Positions 17,606 through 29,308 of a stretch of DNA of 53,356 nucleotides are shown here, piece by piece. The position numbers were made by a program, and so were the translations under genes. The stretch's first letter is position 1; every line of letters starts with the position of its first letter. The notes under the pieces were generated by a model. It was not told where the DNA came from and ran no database searches. It saw only the letters and a list, made by a program, of their open reading frames with translations. The stretch lies in sequence record DRR723986_5841, one strand, 5' to 3'.

Positions 17606-17682
17606 ACACACCCCAAAAAATTCTTTCTGTTTCGCCATTGTAGACGAGTTGCGGTGTTAATCAATATTGTCGAAGAAAAATA

Positions 17683-17730
17683 ATTTTCTCGAGAAAATAT
17701 ATTGACGTCGAGAAAAATAAGTTTTATCGT
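17683..17730 (+). promoter_or_regulatory. Operator palindrome and sigma70 promoter of the lower meta operon
   Basis: Perfect 16-bp palindrome ATTTTCTCGAGAAAAT (17683-17698); TTGACG (17702)-17 bp-TATCGT (17725), with a second TCGAGAAAA half-site in the spacer. Confidence 0.65.
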
Positions 17731-17767
17731 TTGTTCATGGTTTAATCGATTGGCAAGGAAGAATGCA

Positions 17768-19222
17768 ATGAAAGAAGTCTTGAACTTCATCAACGGGGAA
17801 TTCGTGGCAACGGGAAACACATTTCCAAAGCACTCGCCCTTGAACAACGCGGTGATTGCGCAGGTGCATGAAGCTGGCCGCGCGCAGGTGAATGATGCTG
17901 TAGCCGCAGCCAAGGCAGCATTGAAAGGCCCATGGGGCAGGATGCCCGTGGCCGACCGTGTGGAAATGTTGTACGCCGTAGCCGATGAAATCAATCGCCG
18001 CTTCGATGACTTTTTGCAGGCTGAGGTTGCCGACACTGGTAAACCGATGAGCCTGGCCAGTCACATTGATATTCCCCGCGGGGCGGCCAATTTCAAAGTA
18101 TTCGCCGACACCATCAAGAATGTGCCCACAGAATGCTTTGAGATGGCCACTCCGGATGGACGTGGTGCGTTGAACTATTCAATTCGTCGCCCGGTTGGTG
18201 TAGTGGGCGTGATTTGTCCCTGGAACCTCCCGTTGTTGTTGATGACCTGGAAAGTGGGCCCTGCGCTGGCCTGTGGCAACACCGTGGTGGTGAAGCCCTC
18301 CGAGGAAACGCCGCAAACTGCTGCACTGTTGGGCGAGGTGATGAACAAGGTGGGCGTACCACCAGGCGTGTACAACGTGGTTCATGGCTTTGGTCCGGAT
18401 TCCGCAGGTGAGTTCGTGACTACCCACCCCGATGTGAATGCAATTACTTTCACTGGCGAAACACGCACCGGCGCAGCCATCATGAAAGCGGCTGCGCAGG
18501 GCGCGCGCCCAGTCAGCCTTGAAATGGGTGGCAAGAATGCCGCCATCGTGTTCGCGGATTGTGACTTTGATGCCGCCATCGAAGGCACCATGCGCTCGGT
18601 GTTTGCCAACAGCGGGCAGGTGTGTTTGGGCACCGAACGCGTATATGTGGAACGCCCGATTTTCGACAAATTTGTGGCCGCCATGAAGAAGGGCGCGGAA
18701 AGCCTAAAGCCTGGACTGCCAGAGCACAACGACACAGGCATTGGCCCAGTGATTTCTCAAGAACACCGCGAGAAAGTGCTGGGCTTTTACCGCAAGGCGG
18801 TAGAGCAGGGTGCAACTGTGGTTACAGGTGGTAATGCGTTTGAGATGCCCGGCGAGTTGAACAACGGCGCCTGGGTGCAACCCACCATCTGGACCGGGCT
18901 GGACGACGACGCAGCGGTGTGTGTGGAGGAAATTTTTGGGCCCTGCTGCCATATTGCCCCCTTTGATTCCGAGGAAGAAGTGGTGGCCCGTGCGAATAAC
19001 AATGTGTATGGCCTATCCACTGCGGTGTGGACCCAGAACCTGGCCAAAGCGCACAGAGTAGCCGCATCGATTGAAGTGGGTTTGGCTTGGGTAAACAGTT
19101 GGTTTCTGCGAGATTTGCGCACACCGTTTGGTGGTGCCAAGCAATCGGGTATTGGCCGCGAAGGGGGTGTGCACTCGCTGGAGTTTTACACCGAGCTGAA
19201 AAACATTTGCGTAAAGCTGTAA
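17768..19222 (+). CDS. dmpC: 2-hydroxymuconic semialdehyde dehydrogenase
   Basis: ALDH motifs PWNLP, FTGETRTG, LEMGGKN, GQVCL, EEIFGP, WFLRDLRTPFGG. Confidence 0.95.
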   Translation: MKEVLNFINGEFVATGNTFPKHSPLNNAVIAQVHEAGRAQVNDAVAAAKAALKGPWGRMPVADRVEMLYAVADEINRRFDDFLQAEVADTGKPMSLASHIDIPRGAANFKVFADTIKNVPTECFEMATPDGRGALNYSIRRPVGVVGVICPWNLPLLLMTWKVGPALACGNTVVVKPSEETPQTAALLGEVMNKVGVPPGVYNVVHGFGPDSAGEFVTTHPDVNAITFTGETRTGAAIMKAAAQGARPVSLEMGGKNAAIVFADCDFDAAIEGTMRSVFANSGQVCLGTERVYVERPIFDKFVAAMKKGAESLKPGLPEHNDTGIGPVISQEHREKVLGFYRKAVEQGATVVTGGNAFEMPGELNNGAWVQPTIWTGLDDDAAVCVEEIFGPCCHIAPFDSEEEVVARANNNVYGLSTAVWTQNLAKAHRVAASIEVGLAWVNSWFLRDLRTPFGGAKQSGIGREGGVHSLEFYTELKNICVKL

Positions 19223-19232
19223 GGAGTCCACG

Positions 19233-20063
19233 ATGAACGCACCCGCTTCACCAGAAATTGGATTGAGCATTGAGGCCAACGGCCTTCAAACGAATTATCA
19301 CGATCAAGGCCAGGGCACCAACCTGATGTTGATTCATGGTTCGGGCCCCGGTGTTTCGGCTTGGGCGAACTGGCGCTTGGTGATACCCGGTTTTGCAAAA
19401 CAATTCCGTGTGGTGGCCCCAGACATGGTGGGCTTCGGTTTCACTGAGCGCCGCCAAGGCTACCAATACAACCTGGACAACTGGGTGGCCCATGCGGTAG
19501 GCGTGATGGATGCACTGAAAATTGAGCAAACAGACCTGATCGGCAATTCCTTTGGTGGTGCTGTTGCTCTGGCACTGGCCATTCGTCACCCAGAGCGTGT
19601 ACGCAAGCTGGTGTTGATGGGTAGTGTAGGCGTGCCATTCCCGATTACTGAGGGACTGGATGCAGTGTGGGGTTACCAGCCGTCATTCGAGAATATGCGT
19701 CGCATTATGGATTACTTCGCCTACGACCGTGGCCTTGTGAACGATGAGCTGGCTCAGTTGCGTTTTCAGGCCAGCATTCGCCCCGGTTTTCAGGAAAGCT
19801 TCTCAGCCATGTTCCCGGCACCACGACAGCGGTGGGTTGATGCCATGGCCAGTCATGAAAGCGATATTCGCGCACTGAAGAAAAGCACTTTGATTGTGCA
19901 TGGCCGGGATGATCAGGTTATTCCCTTGAGCACTTCGCTGTGTTTGCACGAAATGATTGTGGATTCGCAACTGCATGTTTACGGCAAGTGCGGTCACTGG
20001 ACCCAGATTGAACACGCTGCGCGCTTTGAGCGCTTGGTGACCGACTTCCTGCAAGAGGCTTAA
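19233..20063 (+). CDS. dmpD: 2-hydroxymuconic semialdehyde hydrolase
   Basis: HGSGPGVSAWANW, GNSFGG nucleophile, HGRDD, CGHWTQIEH. Confidence 0.95.
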   Translation: MNAPASPEIGLSIEANGLQTNYHDQGQGTNLMLIHGSGPGVSAWANWRLVIPGFAKQFRVVAPDMVGFGFTERRQGYQYNLDNWVAHAVGVMDALKIEQTDLIGNSFGGAVALALAIRHPERVRKLVLMGSVGVPFPITEGLDAVWGYQPSFENMRRIMDYFAYDRGLVNDELAQLRFQASIRPGFQESFSAMFPAPRQRWVDAMASHESDIRALKKSTLIVHGRDDQVIPLSTSLCLHEMIVDSQLHVYGKCGHWTQIEHAARFERLVTDFLQEA

Positions 20064-20068
20064 AGCAA

Positions 20069-20851
20069 ATGAACGCTACTCAAATTCGCGACTTGGGCGA
20101 TGAACTTTACAACGCATTGACCCAACGGCACACCATTGCTCCGCTGACCAGCCGTGGTTTCGATATCACGATTGAAGACGCCTATCACATTCAACAGAGG
20201 ATGATTGCGCGACGCTTGGACAACGGCGAGCACGTGATTGGTAAAAAAATTGGCGTGACCAGTGCCGCCGTGATGAACATGCTGAATGTGCACCAACCCG
20301 ACTTTGGCTACCTGCTCAATGGCATGGTGTACAACGAAGGCGAGGCCATCGAGGCGGCCAGCCTGATTCAACCGCGTGCGGAAGGTGAAATCGCATTCTT
20401 GATGAAACGCGATTTGATGGGCCCCGGAGTAACCGCCGCCGATGTGCTGGCGGCAACAGAAGGCGTGATGGCCTGTTTCGAAATCGTGGATTCACGCATC
20501 GCTGATTGGAAAATCAAGATTCAAGACACCGTGGCCGACAACGCCTCTTGCGGTGCGATTGTGTTGGGTGACCGGGTTGTAGATCCTCGTAAAGTGGACC
20601 TGTTTACTTGCGGAATGGTACTGCAAAAAAATGGCGACATCGTGGGCACTGGTGCTGGCGCTGCTGCACTTGGGCACCCAGTGAATGCGATTGTTTGGCT
20701 GACCAATACGCTGGGTCGTTTGGGCATTGGCCTGAAGGCAGGTGAAATTATTCTGTCAGGTTCTCTGGCAGCACTCATTCCCGTGAAGGCAGGCGATTCG
20801 CTGCACATGTCGATTGGTGGCATTGGTAACTGCTCTGTTCGCTTCGCGTAA
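20069..20851 (+). CDS. dmpE: 2-oxopent-4-enoate hydratase
   Basis: [28 protein letters not shown]; position in the operon. Confidence 0.93.
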   Translation: MNATQIRDLGDELYNALTQRHTIAPLTSRGFDITIEDAYHIQQRMIARRLDNGEHVIGKKIGVTSAAVMNMLNVHQPDFGYLLNGMVYNEGEAIEAASLIQPRAEGEIAFLMKRDLMGPGVTAADVLAATEGVMACFEIVDSRIADWKIKIQDTVADNASCGAIVLGDRVVDPRKVDLFTCGMVLQKNGDIVGTGAGAAALGHPVNAIVWLTNTLGRLGIGLKAGEIILSGSLAALIPVKAGDSLHMSIGGIGNCSVRFA

Positions 20852-20880
20852 GTTACAACGCAAAACGCAAAAGGAATTCG

Positions 20881-21798
20881 ATGATGAAAAAGATCAAATG
20901 CGCACTGATTGGTCCCGGCAATATTGGAACCGATCTCTTGATGAAGCTGAAACGCAGCAGTGTGCTGGAGCCTGTGTGGATGGTGGGGATTGACCCCGAA
21001 TCCGACGGCTTGAAACGTGCGCGTGAAATGGGTATTAAAACAACCGCTGAGGGTGTGGATGGTTTGCTGCCGCATGTGGAAGCGGATGGCGTGCAAATCG
21101 CATTCGATGCGACAAGTGCATATGTTCACGCCGAGAACAGTCGCAAGCTGAATGAACTGGGTGTGTTAATGATCGACCTCACGCCCGCAGCAGTTGGACC
21201 TTTTTGTGTGCCCCCGGTTAATTTGAAGGAGCATGTAGGCAAGCGTGAAATGAATGTGAACATGGTGACTTGCGGTGGCCAGGCGACCATACCCATGGTG
21301 TATGCCGTATCGCGTGTTCAACCTGTTAGCTACGGCGAAATCGTGGCCACGGTATCGTCGAAATCCGTAGGCCCGGGTACCCGCAAAAATATTGATGAAT
21401 TCACCCGCACCACAGCTGGTGCTGTTGAAAAAGTGGGCGGAGCAAAAAAAGGCAAAGCCATTATCATCATCAACCCGGCCGAGCCACCTTTGATCATGCG
21501 CGACACCGTGCACTGCCTGGTGGAAGGCACGCCCGATCAGGAAGCAATTACCAAGTCGGTTCACGACATGATCAAGGAAGTACAGAAGTACGTACCTGGT
21601 TACACGCTGGTGAACGGTCCTGTGTTTGATGGCAACCGTGTGTCGGTGTTCATGCAAGTGGAAGGCTTGGGTGACTACCTGCCGAAGTACGCCGGAAACC
21701 TCGACATCATGACGGCTGCGGCAGCCCGCACGGCTGAAATGTTTGCCGAGGAAATTCTGAGCGGCAAATTGATCCTTGAACCTACTGTGAGCGCCTAA
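20881..21798 (+). CDS. dmpF: Acetaldehyde dehydrogenase (acylating)
   Basis: [42 protein letters not shown]. Confidence 0.96.
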   Translation: MMKKIKCALIGPGNIGTDLLMKLKRSSVLEPVWMVGIDPESDGLKRAREMGIKTTAEGVDGLLPHVEADGVQIAFDATSAYVHAENSRKLNELGVLMIDLTPAAVGPFCVPPVNLKEHVGKREMNVNMVTCGGQATIPMVYAVSRVQPVSYGEIVATVSSKSVGPGTRKNIDEFTRTTAGAVEKVGGAKKGKAIIIINPAEPPLIMRDTVHCLVEGTPDQEAITKSVHDMIKEVQKYVPGYTLVNGPVFDGNRVSVFMQVEGLGDYLPKYAGNLDIMTAAAARTAEMFAEEILSGKLILEPTVSA

Positions 21799-21808
21799 GG
21801 AGAACCCC

Positions 21809-22837
21809 ATGAGCTTGAAAGGAATTGAAATCAAAGTGCATGACATGACGCTCCGCGATGGCATGCACCCCAAGCGCCACTTGATGAGCCTGGAACAAAT
21901 GCTGAGCATTTCAAAGGGGCTGGACGAGGCAGGTGTGCCACTGATTGAGGTGACCCATGGTGATGGTCTGGGCGGTTCTTCGGTGAACTATGGTTTTCCG
22001 GCGCACAGCGATGAAGCCTATTTAAGCACAGTGATTCCTGCCATGAAGCAGGCCAAGGTGTCCGCCTTGTTGTTGCCTGGTATTGGTACTGTGGATCATT
22101 TGAAAATGGCCAAAGAACTGGGTGTTCACACCATCCGTGTTGCTACGCACTGTACCGAGGCCGATGTGAGCGAGCAGCACATCACTTATGCCCGCAAGCT
22201 GGAAATGGACACCGTGGGTTTCCTGATGATGGCCCACATGGCCAGTGCTGAAAAACTGGTTGAACAAGCCAGGTTGATGGAAGGTTACGGTGCCAATTGT
22301 ATTTATGTGACTGACTCTGCTGGCTACATGCTGCCCGAAGATGTTTACGAAAAAATCAGCGCAGTGCGCGAAGCTTTGAAGCCAGAAACTGAAATTGGTT
22401 TTCATGGGCACCACAACCTGTCGATGGGGGTTTCCAACTCCATCGAAGCCATTCGTGGCGGCGCGCGCCGCATTGATGCAGCAGCAGCTGGCCTGGGTGC
22501 TGGCGCAGGCAACACCCCCATGGAAGTACTGGTAGCGGTGTGTGAACGCATGGGTATCAAGACGGGTGTGGATGTATTCAAGATTTCCGATGTGGCAGAG
22601 GACCTGGTGGTACCGATCATGGATCACCCCATTCGAATTGATCGTGACTCCATGACATTGGGTTACGCCGGTGTGTATTCAAGCTTCCTGTTATTTGCCA
22701 AGCGAGCCGAGAAAAAGTATGGCATCAGCGCCCGTGAAATTTTGGTGGAGCTTGGGCGACGCGGCATGGTGGGTGGTCAGGAAGACATGATTGAAGACAC
22801 TGCTATCACCATGGCTCGCGCAAGGAGTGCAGCATGA
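21809..22837 (+). CDS. dmpG: 4-hydroxy-2-oxovalerate aldolase
   Basis: [47 protein letters not shown]. Confidence 0.96.
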   Translation: MSLKGIEIKVHDMTLRDGMHPKRHLMSLEQMLSISKGLDEAGVPLIEVTHGDGLGGSSVNYGFPAHSDEAYLSTVIPAMKQAKVSALLLPGIGTVDHLKMAKELGVHTIRVATHCTEADVSEQHITYARKLEMDTVGFLMMAHMASAEKLVEQARLMEGYGANCIYVTDSAGYMLPEDVYEKISAVREALKPETEIGFHGHHNLSMGVSNSIEAIRGGARRIDAAAAGLGAGAGNTPMEVLVAVCERMGIKTGVDVFKISDVAEDLVVPIMDHPIRIDRDSMTLGYAGVYSSFLLFAKRAEKKYGISAREILVELGRRGMVGGQEDMIEDTAITMARARSAA

Positions 22838-23622
22838 AACTCGACAAAAAGACCATTTCTGCATTGGCTGAGCATTTGGAAAGTGCAGAGCTGAACGCGC
22901 GTGATGTTGTGAAAATTACGGATGACCACCCTGACATGGATTGGGATGATGCCTATGCCATTCAGGACGAAATTCGTGCCCGCAAAGAACGCCGTGGCGT
23001 GCGCATTGTGGGTCTGAAAGCCGGTTTGACCTCGCACTCGAAGATGAAGCAAATGGGCGTGGATACACCGGTATTCGGTTTTCTGGCTGATTACTTTAGC
23101 GTGCCGGAGGGTTCGGCTGTGAAGGTGAATGAACTGATTCACCCTAAGGTAGAGCCTGAAATCGCGTTTGTGACTAAGACTGATTTGCGTGGCCCAGGTT
23201 GCAACATTGCCACTGTGCTGGCCGCGACTGATTTTGTAATGCCTGCCATTGAAGTCATTGACTCACGTTACCGCGATTTCAAATTCGATCTGAAAAGCGT
23301 GATTGCAGACAACACGTCAGCGGCACGTTTTGTGGTGGGCGGCACCATGAAACCAGTCGAGAGCATGGACTTGAAAACCACTGGCATTGTGCTGGAAAAA
23401 AATGGTGTACCCGTTGCTTTTGGGGCGGGTGCAGCAGTGGTGGGTCACCCAGCCGCAGCCATTGCCATGTTGGCCAATGAGCTGGCCAAGCGCGATCAGT
23501 TTGTGCCGGCAGGATCGCTGATTCTGTCGGGCGGAATCACCGAGGCCGTGGCTGTGGAAGCGGGCGACAACGTGACCTTGCATGTGCAAGGCCTTGGCCA
23601 GGTCGGCCTGCGTTTTGAATAA
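22834..23622 (+). CDS. dmpH: 4-oxalocrotonate decarboxylase
   Basis: [35 protein letters not shown]. Confidence 0.94.
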   Translation: MKLDKKTISALAEHLESAELNARDVVKITDDHPDMDWDDAYAIQDEIRARKERRGVRIVGLKAGLTSHSKMKQMGVDTPVFGFLADYFSVPEGSAVKVNELIHPKVEPEIAFVTKTDLRGPGCNIATVLAATDFVMPAIEVIDSRYRDFKFDLKSVIADNTSAARFVVGGTMKPVESMDLKTTGIVLEKNGVPVAFGAGAAVVGHPAAAIAMLANELAKRDQFVPAGSLILSGGITEAVAVEAGDNVTLHVQGLGQVGLRFE

Positions 23623-23634
23623 GGAATTCACACC

Positions 23635-23826
23635 ATGCCATTTGCACAAATCAATTTGATTGAAGGACGCACGGAAGCGCAAAAACGTGCGGTGATTGAG
23701 AAGGTGACCCAGGCCTTGGTTGAGGCTGTGGGCGCACCCATTGAAACGGTGCGGGTTCAGATTATTGAAGTACCCAGCACCAATTGGGGTATTGCAGGCG
23801 TGTCAGCAAAAGACCGGGGGCGATAA
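23635..23826 (+). CDS. dmpI: 4-oxalocrotonate tautomerase
   Basis: 63 aa, catalytic Pro-1 (MPFAQI), EGR, WGIAG. Confidence 0.94.
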   Translation: MPFAQINLIEGRTEAQKRAVIEKVTQALVEAVGAPIETVRVQIIEVPSTNWGIAGVSAKDRGR

Positions 23827-23913
23827 GCCAGTGAGATAAACCGTTCGCATTCCAGCTGCACATAAAAACCACAGCAGCTTTTCATTTGCCAAACAGAGAA
23901 GGCAGGAGACATT

Positions 23914-24918
23914 GTGAATATTCAGTATTCAGAGGCGCCCTTGCGCCTAAAAAAATCAAGTATTGGTTTAGCGCTGTTTGCCATGACCGGTACAGCGCTT
24001 TTGAACGCATGTGCGGACAGTACGGTTCAATCCAGCAGTAATTCAGCTCAGAGGGCAGTCGCGGTAGAGCGCTATGAGGTAGTTCAAACCCTCAGTGCGA
24101 ATGGCGACACGGTGCTGGGCGGTACGCAAACCGGTGTGGTGACAGTGTCTGTCGATGGAGGAAATACCTGGAGCCGCAAGCAGGTATCCACGACCGCATC
24201 TTTTATTGATTCGACGTTTTGCCCTGACGGTAGCGCTGCCATGCTCGATGTGTACAACACGGTGTGGACCTCATCAGGCGATTTTAAAGACTGGCTGCCT
24301 ACCAAATTCGACAAGCCCTCTAGCCCGGTGGCAATTGAGTGCCACAGCAGTGGTTTGTGGGTGCTCGGTTCTGGTTCCAACCTGATCAACTCCACTGACC
24401 AGGGCAAAAGCTGGCGCGTGGTCAGCTTCGATGAAGATGCACAGTTCACCGCTCTGACTTTTACCAGTGATACCCATGGAATTGCTTTTGGTGAGTTCGG
24501 CATGCTGGCGTTTACCGATGATGGGGGCCAAACCTGGCAGCGCGGTGAACCGATCGCCGGTGATTTCTACACCTACGACGCGTTGTTCACTGATCCCTCC
24601 ACAGGCTATGCAAGTGGGCTGGCAGGTCAGGTATTGAAAACCACGGATGGCGGGGTGACCTGGGCGCGCTTGGTGAACAACACAGAGGCGCCGCTGTATC
24701 GCCTGTTTATGCACGCAGGCGTGCCGCACGGTGTGGGTGCCAACGGCACGTTGGCGAAGCTCGAAGCTGATCAATGGGTGCCCGTGGGCTATGAGCGACC
24801 AGTGTTGTCGTACTTGGGTGCCGCTGTATCGGGTAATCAATCCATTGTTGTGGGCGGCCCAGGCGGCTTGCTTCGCACGGTTCAAAGTTCCAATTCAAGT
24901 CAGGCGGACCCATCATGA
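23914..24918 (+). CDS. BNR/Asp-box (YCF48-like) beta-propeller protein, probable lipoprotein
   Basis: Repeated S/T-x-D-G-G-x-T/S-W boxes; GGAGAC RBS before GTG; possible lipobox LNA-C. Confidence 0.82.
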   Translation: MNIQYSEAPLRLKKSSIGLALFAMTGTALLNACADSTVQSSSNSAQRAVAVERYEVVQTLSANGDTVLGGTQTGVVTVSVDGGNTWSRKQVSTTASFIDSTFCPDGSAAMLDVYNTVWTSSGDFKDWLPTKFDKPSSPVAIECHSSGLWVLGSGSNLINSTDQGKSWRVVSFDEDAQFTALTFTSDTHGIAFGEFGMLAFTDDGGQTWQRGEPIAGDFYTYDALFTDPSTGYASGLAGQVLKTTDGGVTWARLVNNTEAPLYRLFMHAGVPHGVGANGTLAKLEADQWVPVGYERPVLSYLGAAVSGNQSIVVGGPGGLLRTVQSSNSSQADPS

Positions 24919-27323
24919 TCAAGTCTTTCGCCGATCGTTTGATCGCACAAATTATTCGTGCCGAGGAGTGGTTGTTTGCCAACCCGAAAATTGTGTTGGG
25001 CATGATCATGCTGGTCACTTTGGGTTTTGCCGCAGCCATTCCGCAGCTGAAGGTGTATTCCGATTTCTCGGACTTGTTACCCCAAAACCATCCCTACATC
25101 AAAACTTACAACCAACTGAAGGAAAACTTCGGTGGCGCCAACATGGTGGTGATGGCGGTGGAGGTGAAAGAGGGCACGATTTTCAATAACGACACTTTAA
25201 GGCTGATTGAGAAAGCCACACAAGGTGTGGACAACTTGCCGAGCGTGAACCACAACTTGGTGAGCAGCTTGACACATCGTTCTTCCCGAAAAATTTATCT
25301 GGATGAAACCGGCGCCTTTCTTTCCGATACGTTCTACGACAGCAACAATGGCGAGTTAAGTGAAGCCCAACTGAAGCAATTGCAGAAAGACGTGACCGCG
25401 AACCCCACTATTTATGGTTTGTTGGTGTCGCCTGATATGAAGGCTGCCCTGATCAAGGCGCAGCTCAACGAAGGCGATATTGATTACGAGAAAACATTCA
25501 GTGCGCTGATGCAATTGCGCAGTGAGTTGACCGACGACAAACACAATTTATACACCACGGGTAACCCTGTGCTAACCGGTTGGGTATACACCTATCTGGA
25601 TCAATTGGTGGCCATCATGGCCTACACACTGGCTTTACTCACACTATTGCTGATTGTGTATTTCCGACGTTTCTACGGCATTGCCTTGCCTTTGTTGGGA
25701 ATCGCTTTGTCATCGATTTGGGGGTTGGGTTTCATGGCCATGGTGGGTATCAACCTTGAGCCATTGTCTTTGCCGATTCCTTTTCTGATCGCCGCGCGTG
25801 CCACTTCGCATGGTGTGCAACTGGTGGTGCGCTATTACGAAGAACTGGCCATTGTAAAGAACGGAAAAAAGGCTGCGCGCAATGCGCTAGAGGCTCTGTT
25901 CCGCCCAGGCTCGCTGGCGATTATTGTGGATGCCTTGGGTATTGCCGTGCTGGTGCTGGGTGCTGCACCGTTCAACTACAAGCTCGGTATCGCAGCCGGC
26001 TTCTGGGGCTTCTCGGTCATTTTCACAGTGCACTTCATGGTGCCACTGGCGCTGACCATTCTTCCTCAACCCAAAAACACCAAGAACGAAAACCAGGGTA
26101 TTCGTGATGCGCTGGGTAGTATCACCAGCAAAACCGTGGCGCGTTTCAATGGTGCACTCACTGTGTTGATCGCCACCGTGGCATTTTCAGCAGCGGGTTT
26201 GTATTACGTGAAAGACGTGCAAATGGGTGAATCTGAACCAGGCTCGCCTATTCTGAACCGTGATCACGACTACAACCTGGGCACCAAAGCGATAAATGAT
26301 TTGTTCCCAGGTTCGGAGGAATTGCATGTGCTGGCGCGCACGGCAGAGAAGGGTGGTATCAAGCGCCCTGAAGTGATGGCAGCGATTGAAAAGTTTCAGG
26401 CACACATGCTAAGCGACCCTGAGCTTGGTGGCACCAAAGCCATCCCCGGCGTGGTTCGAGTGGTGAACCGATTGTTGCACAACGATGATCCCCGTTGGGC
26501 GCAGTTGCCCGACAACGAAGCTGAGGTGGGCGGATTGATGTTCGCCTACCAGGTGTCAAGCCCGATTCCCGGTGCGCTGAAAGAGTTTGTTACGCCCGAC
26601 GAAAACGAAGCCAATATGGTTTTTTACTACAAAGACCACAAGGCCAGCACCATCAACCGCATTGTTGCTTTGGCTGAGGAAGGAAAGCGCATTGCTGAAG
26701 CCGAGGTACCTGGGCTGACCATTGAACTGGGTGGCGGAATTATTGGCGTGACAGCCGCAGCCAACCAGGCTTTGCACACCGACCACATGATTATTATTCC
26801 TGCCGTAATGATCATGGCCTTCACGCTGGTCATGGTGTATTACCGCTCGGTTCATGCCGGCTGGCTAATGATTATGCCAATGCTGTTTGCCACGCTAATG
26901 ACCTACGCCTACATGGGTGCATTTGGTATCGGCATCAGCGTGAATACAGTGCCTGTCATTGCGGTGGGTGTAGGTGTCGGTATCGACTATGCCGTGTATT
27001 TCATGGACCGCATCCGCGAAGAAATGCACGTTGTCAAAAACATCAAACAAGCCGTGATCAATGCCGTGGCATCCACAGGTTATGCCGTCAGCTTCACTGC
27101 CGCCACGCTGATCGCGGGTGTGGTGTTGTGGATTTTCATGTCCGATCTCCGATTCCAGTCTGACGCCGCTGTGCTGCTGAGTTTCATGCTGATTGTGAAT
27201 GCCATCGCCGCCATGTTGATTGTGCCGGCTTGGTGTGTCGTATTCAAACCGAGGTTTGTGATGGGTGAAGTGCGACAAGAGAAAGCACAAGCCGCTGATT
27301 TGAAACTGGCGAAAGCCGCCTGA
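24915..27323 (+). CDS. RND/MMPL-family inner-membrane transporter
   Basis: 802 aa, two repeats of TM + periplasmic domain + 5 TM; FGGAN, GVGVGIDYAVY. Confidence 0.9.
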   Translation: MIKSFADRLIAQIIRAEEWLFANPKIVLGMIMLVTLGFAAAIPQLKVYSDFSDLLPQNHPYIKTYNQLKENFGGANMVVMAVEVKEGTIFNNDTLRLIEKATQGVDNLPSVNHNLVSSLTHRSSRKIYLDETGAFLSDTFYDSNNGELSEAQLKQLQKDVTANPTIYGLLVSPDMKAALIKAQLNEGDIDYEKTFSALMQLRSELTDDKHNLYTTGNPVLTGWVYTYLDQLVAIMAYTLALLTLLLIVYFRRFYGIALPLLGIALSSIWGLGFMAMVGINLEPLSLPIPFLIAARATSHGVQLVVRYYEELAIVKNGKKAARNALEALFRPGSLAIIVDALGIAVLVLGAAPFNYKLGIAAGFWGFSVIFTVHFMVPLALTILPQPKNTKNENQGIRDALGSITSKTVARFNGALTVLIATVAFSAAGLYYVKDVQMGESEPGSPILNRDHDYNLGTKAINDLFPGSEELHVLARTAEKGGIKRPEVMAAIEKFQAHMLSDPELGGTKAIPGVVRVVNRLLHNDDPRWAQLPDNEAEVGGLMFAYQVSSPIPGALKEFVTPDENEANMVFYYKDHKASTINRIVALAEEGKRIAEAEVPGLTIELGGGIIGVTAAANQALHTDHMIIIPAVMIMAFTLVMVYYRSVHAGWLMIMPMLFATLMTYAYMGAFGIGISVNTVPVIAVGVGVGIDYAVYFMDRIREEMHVVKNIKQAVINAVASTGYAVSFTAATLIAGVVLWIFMSDLRFQSDAAVLLSFMLIVNAIAAMLIVPAWCVVFKPRFVMGEVRQEKAQAADLKLAKAA

Positions 27324-27367
27324 AAAATTATCAAGCAGTACAACAGCAACAAAGGAGAAGGGGCAAC

Positions 27368-29290
27368 ATGAAAAAGATGAGACAAAAACCCGCCTTGCGT
27401 TCTGCGGTGTTGGCAGCAGCGGTACTCGGCGCATGGCCGTGTGTTGCAACTGCGGCAACGTTTGAAGGTGAGGATTATGAGGTGGACATGTTCTACGAAA
27501 ACCACTCGGTGTATCGCGGTGAAGACAACACTGGCGAATCGGTGGGCATGGCCAAATTCAGAAATACACTTATTGCGGAAGGTGAAAAGACAGGCAAGAA
27601 CGGATGGCGTTACAACGGCACGTTCCGTGGTACCTACGATGGTGTGTATGACCTGAATAAAGACCAGTTTGGCAAATCGGCGGGTGGCCCGATTCAGCTG
27701 CAAAGTTCGATCGGCCCTGGTGGCAGCGTGCCCCACGGAGGTGGTGTGCCTTTGTTCAATGGCGCAACGTATCCCAATAGCCCCAACGAAGGTTTCCGTG
27801 TGCTGGGCGATCGTTGGCATGGACAAAACGGTGGTGTGGCCTTTGGTGTGCCGGTGCGTCCATGCGACTACGATTCACGGGGTTGCGTCGACTTTGGTGG
27901 TTACGGTGATTTGACGTTGAACGAGTTGCGTCACCCGGAGTTCAACAGCCGCCTCGACTTCATTCGTGAAGCGTATGCAACCAATAGCTTTGCATTGAAA
28001 GATGGAACGGATCTTTTTGTTCGCGTGGGTAAGCAGCAGGTTGTGTGGGGACGCACCGATTTGTTCCGTGTTCTTGACGTGATCAATCCAGTTGATTTTT
28101 CCCGCAACAATATTTACGACGAACTGGAAGATATTCGCATCCCCATGTGGATAGCGCAGGCGGAATGGCGCCTTGGGCCTTCGGAAACCATGCAGGATCG
28201 CAACTTGCAGGTGGTTTGGAATTTCGATAAGTTTCGCCCCAATAATCTGGGTCAGTGCGGTCAACCCAACGTTATTTTGGATGCGGGTTGCCTGTTTCGT
28301 GGTTTGAAAAACCTGTGGGACAACGGTGGTACTGTGGCCAACTTTTTGCCCGATGGTGGGGGTATGCAGACCATTGCTGCCAACTTTGGCCCTGGTCAAA
28401 TTGGCATTCGAAATGTGCATTTGCCCGACTGGAAACTGGACAACACCCAACTGGGTATCAAGTACGAAGGCATCACTGCCAACGGCACAGGCTTTTCTCT
28501 GAATGCACTGACTTATCGTTCGCAGTTGCCATCGTTGCGCGGCATTACCAGTGGCGCTGTGAACGTGGGCACAGGCGCACCACAGGGGCCAGACAACACA
28601 CACCTGATCGCATTTGATTTCGTGTATCCACGTGTGAACCTGGTGGGTGGATCACTCGACTTCCAGATTGAAGCTGCTGCAGCTGCTGTGCGCGTAGAGG
28701 CCGCATTAACCGAAGGTGAAGAGTTTGCCAACACGCTGCAGCCGCAGTTGTACTCTGAGAACAATGTGTTTCGTGCAGTGGTCGGTGTAGACCGCCCAAC
28801 CTTTATCGACTGGATCAACCCACGAATTGCCACACTCATTTCTGGTCAGCTGTTTGTTCAGCATATTTTTGACCATGAAGTAGAGCAACGCCCGCTTGGC
28901 ATTGCAGGAATGCCTGATTGGGAAACCAATGCAATTGGTACTTTGCTGGTGAAAGGTTTCTTGCAGAACGGCCGTGTCAGCCCAACGCTGATCATGGCAC
29001 ACGACTTCAAGGCAGAAGCTACCGCAATTGCGCCATCGGTTGAATGGCTTTACAGCGATAACCTGAAATTTGTGTTCGGTGCCAACTTCAAAGTGGGTGA
29101 GAACAACAAGTACCAGTTTGATGATTGCCGTTCTTGCAACCCATACCCAGGCGTAACTGGTCCACCCGGATCGACACCTGGTTCAGCTGGTTTGGGTGGG
29201 TTTGAACCACTTGGCCGATTCCGCGCAGGCCCGATTGGCGCGGCATTCAAAGAAGACGATCTGTTTGTGCAGATGCGTTACAACTTCTAA
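27368..29290 (+). CDS. DUF1302-family outer-membrane protein
   Basis: Signal peptide, REAY, VGKQQVVWG, DVINPVD, RIP, terminal YNF; sits between RND and DUF1329 genes. Confidence 0.8.
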   Translation: MKKMRQKPALRSAVLAAAVLGAWPCVATAATFEGEDYEVDMFYENHSVYRGEDNTGESVGMAKFRNTLIAEGEKTGKNGWRYNGTFRGTYDGVYDLNKDQFGKSAGGPIQLQSSIGPGGSVPHGGGVPLFNGATYPNSPNEGFRVLGDRWHGQNGGVAFGVPVRPCDYDSRGCVDFGGYGDLTLNELRHPEFNSRLDFIREAYATNSFALKDGTDLFVRVGKQQVVWGRTDLFRVLDVINPVDFSRNNIYDELEDIRIPMWIAQAEWRLGPSETMQDRNLQVVWNFDKFRPNNLGQCGQPNVILDAGCLFRGLKNLWDNGGTVANFLPDGGGMQTIAANFGPGQIGIRNVHLPDWKLDNTQLGIKYEGITANGTGFSLNALTYRSQLPSLRGITSGAVNVGTGAPQGPDNTHLIAFDFVYPRVNLVGGSLDFQIEAAAAAVRVEAALTEGEEFANTLQPQLYSENNVFRAVVGVDRPTFIDWINPRIATLISGQLFVQHIFDHEVEQRPLGIAGMPDWETNAIGTLLVKGFLQNGRVSPTLIMAHDFKAEATAIAPSVEWLYSDNLKFVFGANFKVGENNKYQFDDCRSCNPYPGVTGPPGSTPGSAGLGGFEPLGRFRAGPIGAAFKEDDLFVQMRYNF

Positions 29291-29308
29291 TCAGACAGGA
29301 GACACAAC

